In this document: positions 49,349-58,426 of the stretch, in pieces
How positions within the stretch are numbered: position 1 is the first letter of the stretch
How the letters are laid out: each line of letters opens with the position of its first letter
From: a virus
IMG/VR virus record: IMGVR_UViG_3300025151_000029
Coordinates: 6,118-70,117 of that record
Length of the DNA stretch: 64,000 bases
Reading direction: 5' to 3' (one strand)
The notes under the pieces: generated by a model
Database searches by the model: none
Told to the model about the DNA's origin: nothing
The model's input: only the letters and a program-made list of their open reading frames with translations
Position numbers and translations under genes: made by a program

Positions 49349-49350
49349 TT

Positions 49351-51489
49351 CTACTCGGCCTCAATGGCCATATCCGCTGCGTTTCTGTCAACGCAGTAGC
49401 ACCGCGTTGGCGCACCATCGACACGCACGACACGACTGCGCGCTTTCTGCCTGCCCCCACTAAGCTTCAGCCACTCTCGATCTTTCCATCTCGAAATGAT
49501 CTCATCAGGCTCATGCCCAAGTTCACGCATGAGGTTGTTGAACGCTGTAGTCGTAACGGCAATCCTGTCCCAATCTTCACGCTGATCCCAGGCTCCGACC
49601 CAGCCTTGGCTCGGTGCTTTGGTGTTGCCCTCTCGATCACGCTCACCTCGGCCCCAGAACCTTTTCTGATTCACAGCGCACCAGGTAAGGAAGTCTTGCA
49701 GCGCAGCCAGCGGCCTGTCAGCATCGTGGCCTGCATGTTCCTGGGACTCCAGCAAACACGTGAAGGGATCGACGCGCGGATGCGGCACCCCCAAACTGTG
49801 CACAATACTCGCTGTGACTTCGAGCACAGCAAGGTGCCCGGCGTGTCGGCGTGCCACTGCTGAACCTGCGATCTCAGAGTACTTCTGCCGCGCGACCTGG
49901 AACACACTACGAATATCACCGTGCCTCTCTGTGTTGGCTACGAGGTACTCCACGACCTTCCGCCCCAGGTGCCCGTAAGTCCTTGCCAGTATCGCCTGAG
50001 CCTCTTCACTTGCAGTTGAGCCCACGACGACGTCGTCTCCCAACGGCTTGCCCTTCAACGACAGGACGCGTGCTCTGGTTCCTGCGTCCTGCGAGAACGA
50101 AGTGGCCGCACCTTCACCGCTACTGATCAAGATCGAACGCCACGACTCTGTATGCCTTGTGCCGTCGACTGAGCCTCTACCCCTACCCTGGCCCTGGCAG
50201 AAGTCATAGATGACATCACGCACGATTCTGGTGTGCCTTGCGCGCTTTGTCTCGTCCAGGATGAGAGGCAGATTCTTGAGGAACCCACTCGTCCTCTCGA
50301 TCCACACCTTAGTTGCATCCCAAGAGTACATGGCTGTCGGGTAGGACTCTGCCGGTCGACCCCAGACTGATGCTGCAAATCGTAAGGCTGTGGTCTTTCC
50401 ACCACTCGTTTCACCGCTGAAGTCGAGCACGAATCCAGGAATGCGCAAAACCTCAAGGAGAGGAGCCGCAGCACTGGCGTAAGCTGCGATGTACATGTAG
50501 GGGAAGTCCTGCACCAGCCGCATCGCATCAAGCCATTCGTTCCAGGTGCCCTTCGTTTTCCAACCACCCGCTAGAGTTTCCAGGCCAGTGGGTGGCGTAA
50601 GTGAAAAGTCACGGTTCGCGTTAGCGCTGTTCGAGTAAAAGGCATCCGGCAGCAGGAAACCTCCATCAGGCTGCCAGCCCATCGACGAGGCTGACTGTAC
50701 TACAGGGAATCGTGCTGCGTTCTCAGCGTCGAACTCTGACAAGTAGGACACCATATGCAGTGTGTTGTTTGTGCTGACTGGTGCGTCCCAGTTTGAAAGC
50801 GTGATGATCTTTGACGTGTCAACAATTGTACGTCTTTCGACTACACGAGAGCGCCAGCCACTAGCACCTCGCCAAACCAGCAGACGCTTGGTCTCGCCCG
50901 TGAGGACATCGACTGTACGCCCCGCAATAAAGATTGGTGCGAGGGCAATGCGTGTACGCGAGATGGAGCCATCGGGCTGACCGGCCAAACGATAGACTCC
51001 GTTAAAATCTATTTCGAATCCACGCGGTGCCCTGAGTGTGGCCAGGACTTGACGTGTCACTATGCTTGGTGGTGGAGCGCCACCATCCAGCATGATGTCG
51101 ATCGTCGGTAGCTCACCCAGTTGCTCCTCGATCTCTGCGAGGATCTCCTCTGAGCGTCGACGCCTCACCTCGTTCGCGAGGTTCTCGATGGTTCTACGAT
51201 ACTGACGTGCTCTCTGCACTTGCCTCGGCACCATCTCAATCATGGTGAGGTTTGTGAGCATCTGTGTCTCGTCAGCGAGCCACGCCTCAACCATCATGTT
51301 GATTACATCGGGATCTTGTACTGACTCCCAAGCTGCTCGGTGTTCGGGTCGACCACCCTCACTCAACCGATCAATCAGATTACGGATTACCTCTGAACTA
51401 CGTTCAACAACAGAGGCTTGACCGCCCTCGTCATTTTGGCTCTCAGGGCTCTCCATCCCCACTGTGCCATCAACTTCCATTATCACCAC
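49351..51489 (-). CDS. DUF927/Cch-like replicative helicase
   Basis: MGWQ, FSGETSGGKTT..ASVWG, LPLILDE, GQGRGR, ILISSGE, G..AR, YGHLG. Confidence 0.85.
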   Translation of the reverse strand: MVIMEVDGTVGMESPESQNDEGGQASVVERSSEVIRNLIDRLSEGGRPEHRAAWESVQDPDVINMMVEAWLADETQMLTNLTMIEMVPRQVQRARQYRRTIENLANEVRRRRSEEILAEIEEQLGELPTIDIMLDGGAPPPSIVTRQVLATLRAPRGFEIDFNGVYRLAGQPDGSISRTRIALAPIFIAGRTVDVLTGETKRLLVWRGASGWRSRVVERRTIVDTSKIITLSNWDAPVSTNNTLHMVSYLSEFDAENAARFPVVQSASSMGWQPDGGFLLPDAFYSNSANANRDFSLTPPTGLETLAGGWKTKGTWNEWLDAMRLVQDFPYMYIAAYASAAAPLLEVLRIPGFVLDFSGETSGGKTTALRFAASVWGRPAESYPTAMYSWDATKVWIERTSGFLKNLPLILDETKRARHTRIVRDVIYDFCQGQGRGRGSVDGTRHTESWRSILISSGEGAATSFSQDAGTRARVLSLKGKPLGDDVVVGSTASEEAQAILARTYGHLGRKVVEYLVANTERHGDIRSVFQVARQKYSEIAGSAVARRHAGHLAVLEVTASIVHSLGVPHPRVDPFTCLLESQEHAGHDADRPLAALQDFLTWCAVNQKRFWGRGERDREGNTKAPSQGWVGAWDQREDWDRIAVTTTAFNNLMRELGHEPDEIISRWKDREWLKLSGGRQKARSRVVRVDGAPTRCYCVDRNAADMAIEAE

Positions 51490-51580
51490 CTGCTTTTATT
51501 ACGCTTTCAAACCCGACAATGAGCCACGCGCGAGTCGCCTCGACGTAACTCAACCAAGCAAAATCCTGCCCGACGAGACC

Positions 51581-51638
51581 AGACTATCGAGTTTCATTAC
51601 ACCGTGTCAAACCACAAACTGTAACATCCTGTTATACT
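51581..51638. promoter_or_regulatory. Divergent promoters
   Basis: TTGACA-18-TAGTCT on minus (51610-51581); TG-T-TATACT on plus (51630-51638). Confidence 0.45.
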
Positions 51639-51661
51639 TACCAAGCTGACAAGGAGGTCTC

Positions 51662-52033
51662 ATGCCAGCCGCGAAAAAGAGTGCGAGCACAACCGCTGCA
51701 CCGAAGAAAAAAACTGCGCCTAAAAAGGCTGCACCGAAGAAGACAGCAGCGAAGAAAGCCGAACCTAAGAAGGCACCTGCCAAGAAGCCTGCGGCGCCAA
51801 AAGTAAACGCTCCTCCTGCTTTCAAGCCCAAGTCCGTACACCTACTGACAAGTGCGGGCGAGTACACCCTCAGATTCGACACGGAAGCGTCCTTCAATGA
51901 AGCGATGCAAATCATTGAGAGTGCCCCGAGTGAGTCTGGTGGTCGACGTTACGTTCCGCAACGAACGGTTGTGTGCGCAGGAAAGCCATATCGATTTACG
52001 CTGGTCCTCAAGTACCAAGTTCAAGACGCTTAG
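51662..52033 (+). CDS. Histone H1-like Lys/Ala/Pro-rich protein with small C-terminal domain
   Basis: AAGGAGG RBS; repeated APKK/AAKK. Confidence 0.7.
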   Translation: MPAAKKSASTTAAPKKKTAPKKAAPKKTAAKKAEPKKAPAKKPAAPKVNAPPAFKPKSVHLLTSAGEYTLRFDTEASFNEAMQIIESAPSESGGRRYVPQRTVVCAGKPYRFTLVLKYQVQDA

Positions 52034-52251
52034 TACTTGTGTTCCCAGCCAGTCTGTAGGTCCTCTACAGAAAGCTCCACAGTACTGAAAGTCATTGAGC
52101 AACACTCACACCTGCGTCGGCGGTACACCCATTCCTGAGTGTACCGACCGACGTATTCTTTAAGTGTGACAAAGTTCTTTGAGACGTTCACAGAGTCGGA
52201 AGGTCTTGAGTCAATCACTCGTGTCTTATTTCCACACTTGAAACAATACAT
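52030..52251 (-). CDS. NrdR-like N-terminal zinc-ribbon protein (no ATP cone)
   Basis: MYCFKCG..TRVIDSR..RRRRCECC..FSTVE. Confidence 0.75.
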   Translation of the reverse strand: MYCFKCGNKTRVIDSRPSDSVNVSKNFVTLKEYVGRYTQEWVYRRRRCECCSMTFSTVELSVEDLQTGWEHKY

Positions 52252-52252
52252 T

Positions 52253-54256
52253 TCACGGTGCGGGCGGAAGATTGATGGGAAGAATGTTGTCGACCTTTCG
52301 TATCTCAAACCCTCCATCAGAGAGAATGTTGACTGTGTTCGGCTCCACATTGTTCTCAATGAGATGAGCCGCAGTCTCCTTTGTCATGGTGAGAATGTCA
52401 GACATACTGAACCCGCGCTCTTCAAGCTTACGAGCACTACGACTAATGACGCTCAACCCACCTTCATTGCGTACCTTCTTACGGGTTGTCTTCTTACGCT
52501 TCGGCGGCTCAGCCTTTGGCTCAGGCTCTTCCTCTGACGCGTTCCATCCTTGACTGACCTTGTCCATATCGATGATCGTCCAACCCTTCGGTGGGCGTCC
52601 CATCGGACGTACGGTGCTCGCGATAATTACCTGACCCTCAAAGTTTAGGAAACCCTTCATGACTGCGGACAATGTCCGAGTATCCCAGGCCCTATCGTAA
52701 GGAACCAAGATCGCAGGCTTGTCGTTACCGAGCTTCGAGGCAACCGCCATACTCACTGCGGTGATTACAGTAGCCCACTCAGCACCAGACAAAGCACAGT
52801 GCAGACGCCCGTCACGCTCGAACCCCATACGGAATACTTCGCGATCTCCCTCCATGAGTTCAATCTTGAAGACCCAGTGCTCAGGCAAAAACTTCTGCAC
52901 AAGCTGCGTGAACGTTCGTGTTTGGTCCGCGAGCAGATGACCAACCGCAGTCTCGCAAGCGTTGCGAAGATCCTTGTAGCTATGCTGATCTCTTGCAAGC
53001 TCGTTCACACGCGTCGACGCATGTGTCAGGTCATTCCATCGATTGAGAACAGTCTCCATCTTGCTGAGCGCATTCATCGCGACTTCCAGCCTTGACTGAG
53101 CTTCATTGACAGGAATGGCACGACCGTCCTTCGCACGCACCTCAGTGCCATGCACTCTAGCGATCTCTGCTTGTATTGCGCCCAAGCTTTGATTTGCCGA
53201 ATCAATCAACTTATCAATCCCCACGATCTTCTCTAGCACTGACTTCGACTGCGTCTCCCATTGGCTGAGTTGATCTTGGTAGAACGTCTGACATGCTTGC
53301 AGGTGTGCAAGTCCCACCTGGCTACTACAGACCGGGCATTGGTCCATGCTGTGCTTTACAGCGACATCCACAATCGCGATAGCCGAGTCAACGTTCTCAC
53401 CCTTCTGCGGTAGTTGAGTGAGCAATTCTTTCTTCTGGTGCTCCAACGTCATGAGATTCTTTTCCCATGCGTTGATCTGCTCCGCCAATCGATCCAACTC
53501 AGACTGCTTCTCAGCCTGAGTCATGCCGGTATTCGCCGCTCGGATAGACGCGTCTAAGATCTCACGAGCTTCCGCAACAGCAAACCTCATACGCTGCATA
53601 GTTTCGTCAGTAGGCTTTGCGTCAATCGTATCACCGATGTTCTCGATGATAAGTTCTGCGCCCTTGATCTCCTTTGCAATCTCACGGGACCGAGAGTTTG
53701 AGTAGTTCAATACCTCGACGAGAGTCTTTGTTTCACTCAGGTTCCGACCTCGGTGTTCCGCGATGTCGTTGTACTTCCCATGCAGTTCATCTGGAATACA
53801 CGTAAGAATGTGCTGTCGTTGCACGTCACTACTCGACCACTCCAGGAATGCCTTGCGCGCCGTTGTTGCTGAGCCCGAGAGCGCTGCAGCGACCGACCGA
53901 TGGACAAGACTCTCTGGGCCTGGCCCATCATGTTGAGGGCGCTTGACCTTGCCCTCCTCTCTACGCGCGTTGTAGTTAGCCACGCTACCGTCACTAAGCT
54001 TTGCCGTAACCCCAAGCTCATCTCCTGGTGCCAGTGTGAGTAGCAGAGCAGCGTCAGAAACAATGCTCCTACCAACGATGTCATCTGCTGAGCCTGAGAT
54101 AGCCAGCTCAACAGCTTGTACGATTGTACTTTTGTGGCTTGTGTTTGAACCCACAAGCAAGGTCTTTGGACCCAAGTCGATACTCCATGCATCTCCGTTG
54201 GGTCGAGGTGACTTCAAGTTACTGAAGACGTGCTCAACGTATGGTCGCGTAGACAT
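52253..54256 (-). CDS. SbcC/Rad50-like ABC ATPase
   Basis: LLVGSNTSHKSTI, coiled coils, zinc hook CPVC, LSGAE signature. Confidence 0.75.
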   Translation of the reverse strand: MSTRPYVEHVFSNLKSPRPNGDAWSIDLGPKTLLVGSNTSHKSTIVQAVELAISGSADDIVGRSIVSDAALLLTLAPGDELGVTAKLSDGSVANYNARREEGKVKRPQHDGPGPESLVHRSVAAALSGSATTARKAFLEWSSSDVQRQHILTCIPDELHGKYNDIAEHRGRNLSETKTLVEVLNYSNSRSREIAKEIKGAELIIENIGDTIDAKPTDETMQRMRFAVAEAREILDASIRAANTGMTQAEKQSELDRLAEQINAWEKNLMTLEHQKKELLTQLPQKGENVDSAIAIVDVAVKHSMDQCPVCSSQVGLAHLQACQTFYQDQLSQWETQSKSVLEKIVGIDKLIDSANQSLGAIQAEIARVHGTEVRAKDGRAIPVNEAQSRLEVAMNALSKMETVLNRWNDLTHASTRVNELARDQHSYKDLRNACETAVGHLLADQTRTFTQLVQKFLPEHWVFKIELMEGDREVFRMGFERDGRLHCALSGAEWATVITAVSMAVASKLGNDKPAILVPYDRAWDTRTLSAVMKGFLNFEGQVIIASTVRPMGRPPKGWTIIDMDKVSQGWNASEEEPEPKAEPPKRKKTTRKKVRNEGGLSVISRSARKLEERGFSMSDILTMTKETAAHLIENNVEPNTVNILSDGGFEIRKVDNILPINLPPAP

Positions 54257-54286
54257 AGAACCTCCTAGTTACGCTTAGTTTTTCTG

Positions 54287-54315
54287 AGTGTATAAAAGTG
54301 TTACCAGTGTGTCAA
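54287..54315 (-). promoter_or_regulatory. Sigma70-like promoter TTGACA-17-TACACT
   Basis: Upstream of the AGGAGG RBS of the Rad50-like gene. Confidence 0.65.
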
Positions 54316-54743
54316 CACTTAAAGTCTAACCGTGCCCAGGAAAGGTAGTCGTCATCCGGCAACACCTCTACATTTTCGATCTGGTTAAACTTATTTTCTG
54401 CTGGACACCAACAATAAACGTGCTTTCCCGCAGACATGAAGCCCTGCACAATCTGTGCTGTAGCTTTTCCTACAGTGCGTACCGTGTCATCCGAATACAT
54501 GGGCACGATCACACCGTGAAACATGGGAGCACCTGTAAAGTCTTTCCCATGCGGTACGTCATGGCACCAGGCTTTCCACCCGCCAAGAGCCGCACTTCGT
54601 GTTTGGTAATCGTCTCGACCAGAGATCACCTTGGTTTGCCAACCATCAAGTACAAGAGACCTTGCGATCTGTGTACACCATTGCTCGATATCTCCTGGTG
54701 CATCCTGCTTCGAATGCGCCAAGAACCACTTAGACGTTTCCAT
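54312..54743 (-). CDS. Hypothetical protein, possible TIR/NDT-like flavodoxin fold
   Basis: WFLAHSKQD and GKATAQIVQGFMSAGKHVY. Confidence 0.55.
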   Translation of the reverse strand: METSKWFLAHSKQDAPGDIEQWCTQIARSLVLDGWQTKVISGRDDYQTRSAALGGWKAWCHDVPHGKDFTGAPMFHGVIVPMYSDDTVRTVGKATAQIVQGFMSAGKHVYCWCPAENKFNQIENVEVLPDDDYLSWARLDFKC

Positions 54744-54750
54744 TTCTCTC

Positions 54751-57501
54751 CTATATGTCTTTGAGGCTGCGTCCGACTTCAGCCTCAGCGGTCATCTTAA
54801 CATCCCACCCTGGGATAGTCACAGTCATTGCTTCCTCTACGACCCGTCTGGCTTCTTCCAGCTTGGGCGGCAGGGGCTCACCTTTCACCGGTTTCCAGTC
54901 CGGCGGCAACCCCTCAGGCAAAGGAATCTCTACTCCGATTGAATCATGGCATTGGTGAATCATCCCGGTGCCCTGACCTGCGTAATCAAAGGGGAACGCA
55001 CCAATCACGGCTTGCTCTGCCAGCCTCATGATTGAGGACTCTGCTGCAAGGATTGGGAAGTTCACCACCTCATTCTTTTTGCCGTCTGACAACGGACCTG
55101 ATCTACGGCCAAAGACCGGCTCCTCCATAAAGCCCTGTTGGCTGTACTGCCCGAGCATTTGATTCCAGGCGTCGAGCCATTCCGGCTCTGCCTTCAACCA
55201 CTTGTTGTGGAAGTGGCGAACTTCTCGAGGTTCAAATTTCAGGTACGGCATCTTACCGTCGTCAGTCTCTGTACTCGTCAGAACCTGCCATACCGTCATC
55301 GGATCTGCCCAGTAGATCGATGCATACCGAAACGTCTTCATGACATCGCGCATAGCCTTGGCTTCTCCACCAGTAGGCTTACGGCTCAAGCTAAAACCAT
55401 CAGGTCCCCAACCGCTAGCGTTCTTGAAGTCACTACCGAACACGTCATAGGCCAGAAGGTTGTGCGGATCTTTACCGGTCGCGAAGCACTCAAGCAAACG
55501 CGGGATCTGCCAGTAGCAGGCAGTGATTCTCAGATGCGCCTGATCAAGATCTGCACCAACAAAAATCCGACCAGGAGGCGCACTAAAGATAGACTTCAGT
55601 CTTCCTTGTCCCTTTCGGTTGCCAATGTTCTGAAGGTTTGGTCCAGAGCTTGATAGCCGACCGACGCTTGTTACGTGTGCATTCCATGTTGAGCGAACAC
55701 GCCCATCTTCATGGACCAACCCCTTCTTTGGGTCCTGCGACCGACGTCGTAAGGGCACGAGTACTGTGCCAAGGATCTTGTTCTTCTCTCTCCTGTAAAG
55801 CCGAAGCTCCTTCAGAAATGATTCTTGACTACTGCTCAACTGACCTGATGCGAGGTGCCCGCGTATTACAGCATCGCCTGTACCTGGAGCGCCTGTTTCC
55901 GTATAAAACTCATTCGTCGACATCGAAGCAGGAATCCCAAGGTTCCAGTCATCGTACAGAAGCTTCCGAATCTGATCGACACTGCCAGGATTGAAATCAC
56001 TGTTGACGTATTTCTGAAGCGCCTTGTAGCGCTTCTTCACTGAAATCTCGTACTCACACTCCAGTGATCCACGCAACTCTTGGTCGATCCACACACCCGA
56101 CTTGTGCATGCCAACACACATCTCTTGTGTCGCGTGGTCGACTTCATTCAGATTCCATAAACGGTTTGCTGACCAGGAGTCCGGCTTGAGCCCTTCAGAT
56201 ATTGGCCTGAAGGCTCCCATCTCGGTGGCCGCATCAATCAACGGCACAGTGATTCTAGCGTTCACCACGGTATCAATGATGTTGTACCGCAGAAGCTCCT
56301 CGTCATCCTGACTGCCCGTTGAGATCTTCGTGCCTTTCTCCGTGGTCTCCCACCGCTCGACATCAGTCAGCACTGACCCGATTGTCTTCAAGCCCTTAGG
56401 CAAGTCTGGCGACCGAAATCGAGCATGAAAGAGTGTGTCCACCAGGGGCTCCGGTGTGACGCCAAGCTGAGTCTCGACGACCATACGATCGTAGTAGCCT
56501 GCATTGTGACCGACCCAGACACGTCCATCAGTAAAGGCCCTACGTAAGATGTCGACAATCTGACGCTCTTGCTCTTGAGGGTAAATACGTGTGACCCCAT
56601 CAGTGGAGAGCAAGCCAACACCAACCGCTCGGCAATTCTGTGCAGGCTTAGTGCGTGCAGCCTTCCCGTTCTCATCCAGGTCTGGGATTGCAATCGCAAC
56701 GGTACGCAGCGCGCACTCTAGAGGTTCGATGCCGTCAGTCTCGACGTCGTACACCCAGAAAGGTGCAGGCTGCGCGAGAAACTCTTCCAGCGCCTCAGGA
56801 GAAGGGTTCATCAATGAGTCAGGTTCGGTCCATCGCAAGTTGTCGTTGAACCAGCGCATAGCCTTCGAGATGTCTGCCTCGATAACTGGTCGCCAGTTTG
56901 GCGCTCTCGTTACGTAGTGCGGACTAAATGTCGCCAGCATTTTCTTGTTCGTGGGCTCAAGACTCCAGATCCACTCATCGTCGATGTACATGGGGCCGCC
57001 ACGTAGTCCGTGGATGCTACCGGATTGACCTGACAGTACACGAGTAGCAGTCTTACCCATCGCTATGAAGTTGTTGTAGTTGCCCAACACGCTCATGAGG
57101 CGTGGTCGACAACAGTCAATCGGGTGAGGAAGCGGGTCTTTGTTCTGCGCCACGCGCCTCTTGTTTAATCTATCGAGTGATTTTTCCATTCGGTTCCATG
57201 CGCCCCCCTCTTTTCCGGGAGGCTTGCATGCGATCACATTCTCAAGGTCGACATGAGAACGGTTCAGCCCTGCTGTAGCGAGAAACCTTGACCACTCCGA
57301 TGCGGCAGACCCCATGATGGGCCTACCCGAACGAACGTCCTCAGCACGAGGAGCTTCACCCAAGGCCAGTATCTTTGCCCCCGGATGGAACTCTCCCGTG
57401 ACGGGACGCCATTCATCTTTCTGCAGTGCTCCGTTAGGTCCGAGAGGACACTCATCGCAACGGGCACCACATTGTTTTGGATCTTTACTTGTGGTCATCA
57501 C
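54751..57501 (-). CDS. polA: Family A DNA polymerase with N-terminal family-4 UDG-like domain and 3'-5' exonuclease
   Basis: GEAP..NVIACKPP (UDG); DVETDG, GHNAGYYD, YNIID (ExoI-III); GRLSSSGPNLQNI; motifs A DLDQAHLR, B KTFRYASIY, C HDS. Confidence 0.92.
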   Translation of the reverse strand: MMTTSKDPKQCGARCDECPLGPNGALQKDEWRPVTGEFHPGAKILALGEAPRAEDVRSGRPIMGSAASEWSRFLATAGLNRSHVDLENVIACKPPGKEGGAWNRMEKSLDRLNKRRVAQNKDPLPHPIDCCRPRLMSVLGNYNNFIAMGKTATRVLSGQSGSIHGLRGGPMYIDDEWIWSLEPTNKKMLATFSPHYVTRAPNWRPVIEADISKAMRWFNDNLRWTEPDSLMNPSPEALEEFLAQPAPFWVYDVETDGIEPLECALRTVAIAIPDLDENGKAARTKPAQNCRAVGVGLLSTDGVTRIYPQEQERQIVDILRRAFTDGRVWVGHNAGYYDRMVVETQLGVTPEPLVDTLFHARFRSPDLPKGLKTIGSVLTDVERWETTEKGTKISTGSQDDEELLRYNIIDTVVNARITVPLIDAATEMGAFRPISEGLKPDSWSANRLWNLNEVDHATQEMCVGMHKSGVWIDQELRGSLECEYEISVKKRYKALQKYVNSDFNPGSVDQIRKLLYDDWNLGIPASMSTNEFYTETGAPGTGDAVIRGHLASGQLSSSQESFLKELRLYRREKNKILGTVLVPLRRRSQDPKKGLVHEDGRVRSTWNAHVTSVGRLSSSGPNLQNIGNRKGQGRLKSIFSAPPGRIFVGADLDQAHLRITACYWQIPRLLECFATGKDPHNLLAYDVFGSDFKNASGWGPDGFSLSRKPTGGEAKAMRDVMKTFRYASIYWADPMTVWQVLTSTETDDGKMPYLKFEPREVRHFHNKWLKAEPEWLDAWNQMLGQYSQQGFMEEPVFGRRSGPLSDGKKNEVVNFPILAAESSIMRLAEQAVIGAFPFDYAGQGTGMIHQCHDSIGVEIPLPEGLPPDWKPVKGEPLPPKLEEARRVVEEAMTVTIPGWDVKMTAEAEVGRSLKDI

Positions 57502-57731
57502 ACAACGACGAGCTTGTCCATGACCTCGTCGTAGGAGCCCAACACCCTCACGTTTTTCATCATCAACCCGTCATGGGTTTTTGTCGAAAGAACAATGATG
57601 GTGTTCGGCGCATGAACGCCAACCTGACCTTCACTAACTTGATCGCCTGGATAGACGTACACGATGTGATCGTCATTGATGCTGATAGGGCTAGACTGCC
57701 CCCCGCCGATTGTTTTGAATTCGTGAAACAT
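57498..57731 (-). CDS. Small hypothetical protein
   Basis: GGAG before MFHEFK; overlaps polymerase start. Confidence 0.5.
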   Translation of the reverse strand: MFHEFKTIGGGQSSPISINDDHIVYVYPGDQVSEGQVGVHAPNTIIVLSTKTHDGLMMKNVRVLGSYDEVMDKLVVV

Positions 57732-57826
57732 ATTATCTCCATGTAAAAGTTGAGGCATCTATTCGACCACCCACATGCCTCCCTGCTGGGCCCTAAGGGG
57801 AAACAGGAATCCCCTTGGTCTACGAC

Positions 57827-58405
57827 TTAGCTAACGATACCCTGCGCCGTGGTAGCGGGAGGTGGCAATGATACCCCCGCAGCGGGAACTGGAGCCCCAT
57901 TCGTCACAGCGGGCTTCGCTGCAGTCGTCGGTGCAGCCTTGGCCGCTCCCTTCATGGCATCAAACTGAGCCTTCGTCAGCCACTTGCCAATCTCGTTGTA
58001 TGATCCCTGAACACCCTTCTGACCGGGAATGAACTCGATGTGAGCCTTACGACCACCGTTTTGGGCGGTCAAGAACCAGTTCGTGTTGATCTCGGCAGCG
58101 CCTTCGATATCAGCCGCCGAGTACCCCAGTGACTCAAGGATAGAGCGCAGCACAGCCATGCGGCCCCGCAGTTGCTTATCGGTCAAGTCAGTGAGCATTG
58201 CTCCTGTGTCGTCGAACGGAACACTCAAGAACGAAAACATCTTGAATCCGTTCTCAAACTGAACGTGCACTCGACGAGTGGTGGGCTTGTCGGTGGGTGC
58301 CCGCTCGACGTTTACGATGCTGACTTGATAAAAGCCTGCTTCGGGTACAGATGAACCAAGGGCGCTGATCCCCTGAAATGCGTTGCCAGATACTTTGATA
58401 GCCAT
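57827..58405 (-). CDS. Putative OB-fold ssDNA-binding protein (DUF669-like)
   Basis: VPEAGFYQVSIVNVE..YNEI pattern; follows Sak4-like gene. Confidence 0.55.
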   Translation of the reverse strand: MAIKVSGNAFQGISALGSSVPEAGFYQVSIVNVERAPTDKPTTRRVHVQFENGFKMFSFLSVPFDDTGAMLTDLTDKQLRGRMAVLRSILESLGYSAADIEGAAEINTNWFLTAQNGGRKAHIEFIPGQKGVQGSYNEIGKWLTKAQFDAMKGAAKAAPTTAAKPAVTNGAPVPAAGVSLPPPATTAQGIVS

Positions 58406-58426
58406 GATGGCTCCTTATTGTTGGAT

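Noticed and set aside
54751-57501. Z-genome (DpoZ) assignment
   Set aside because: No purZ, datZ or mazZ-like gene recognised in this window
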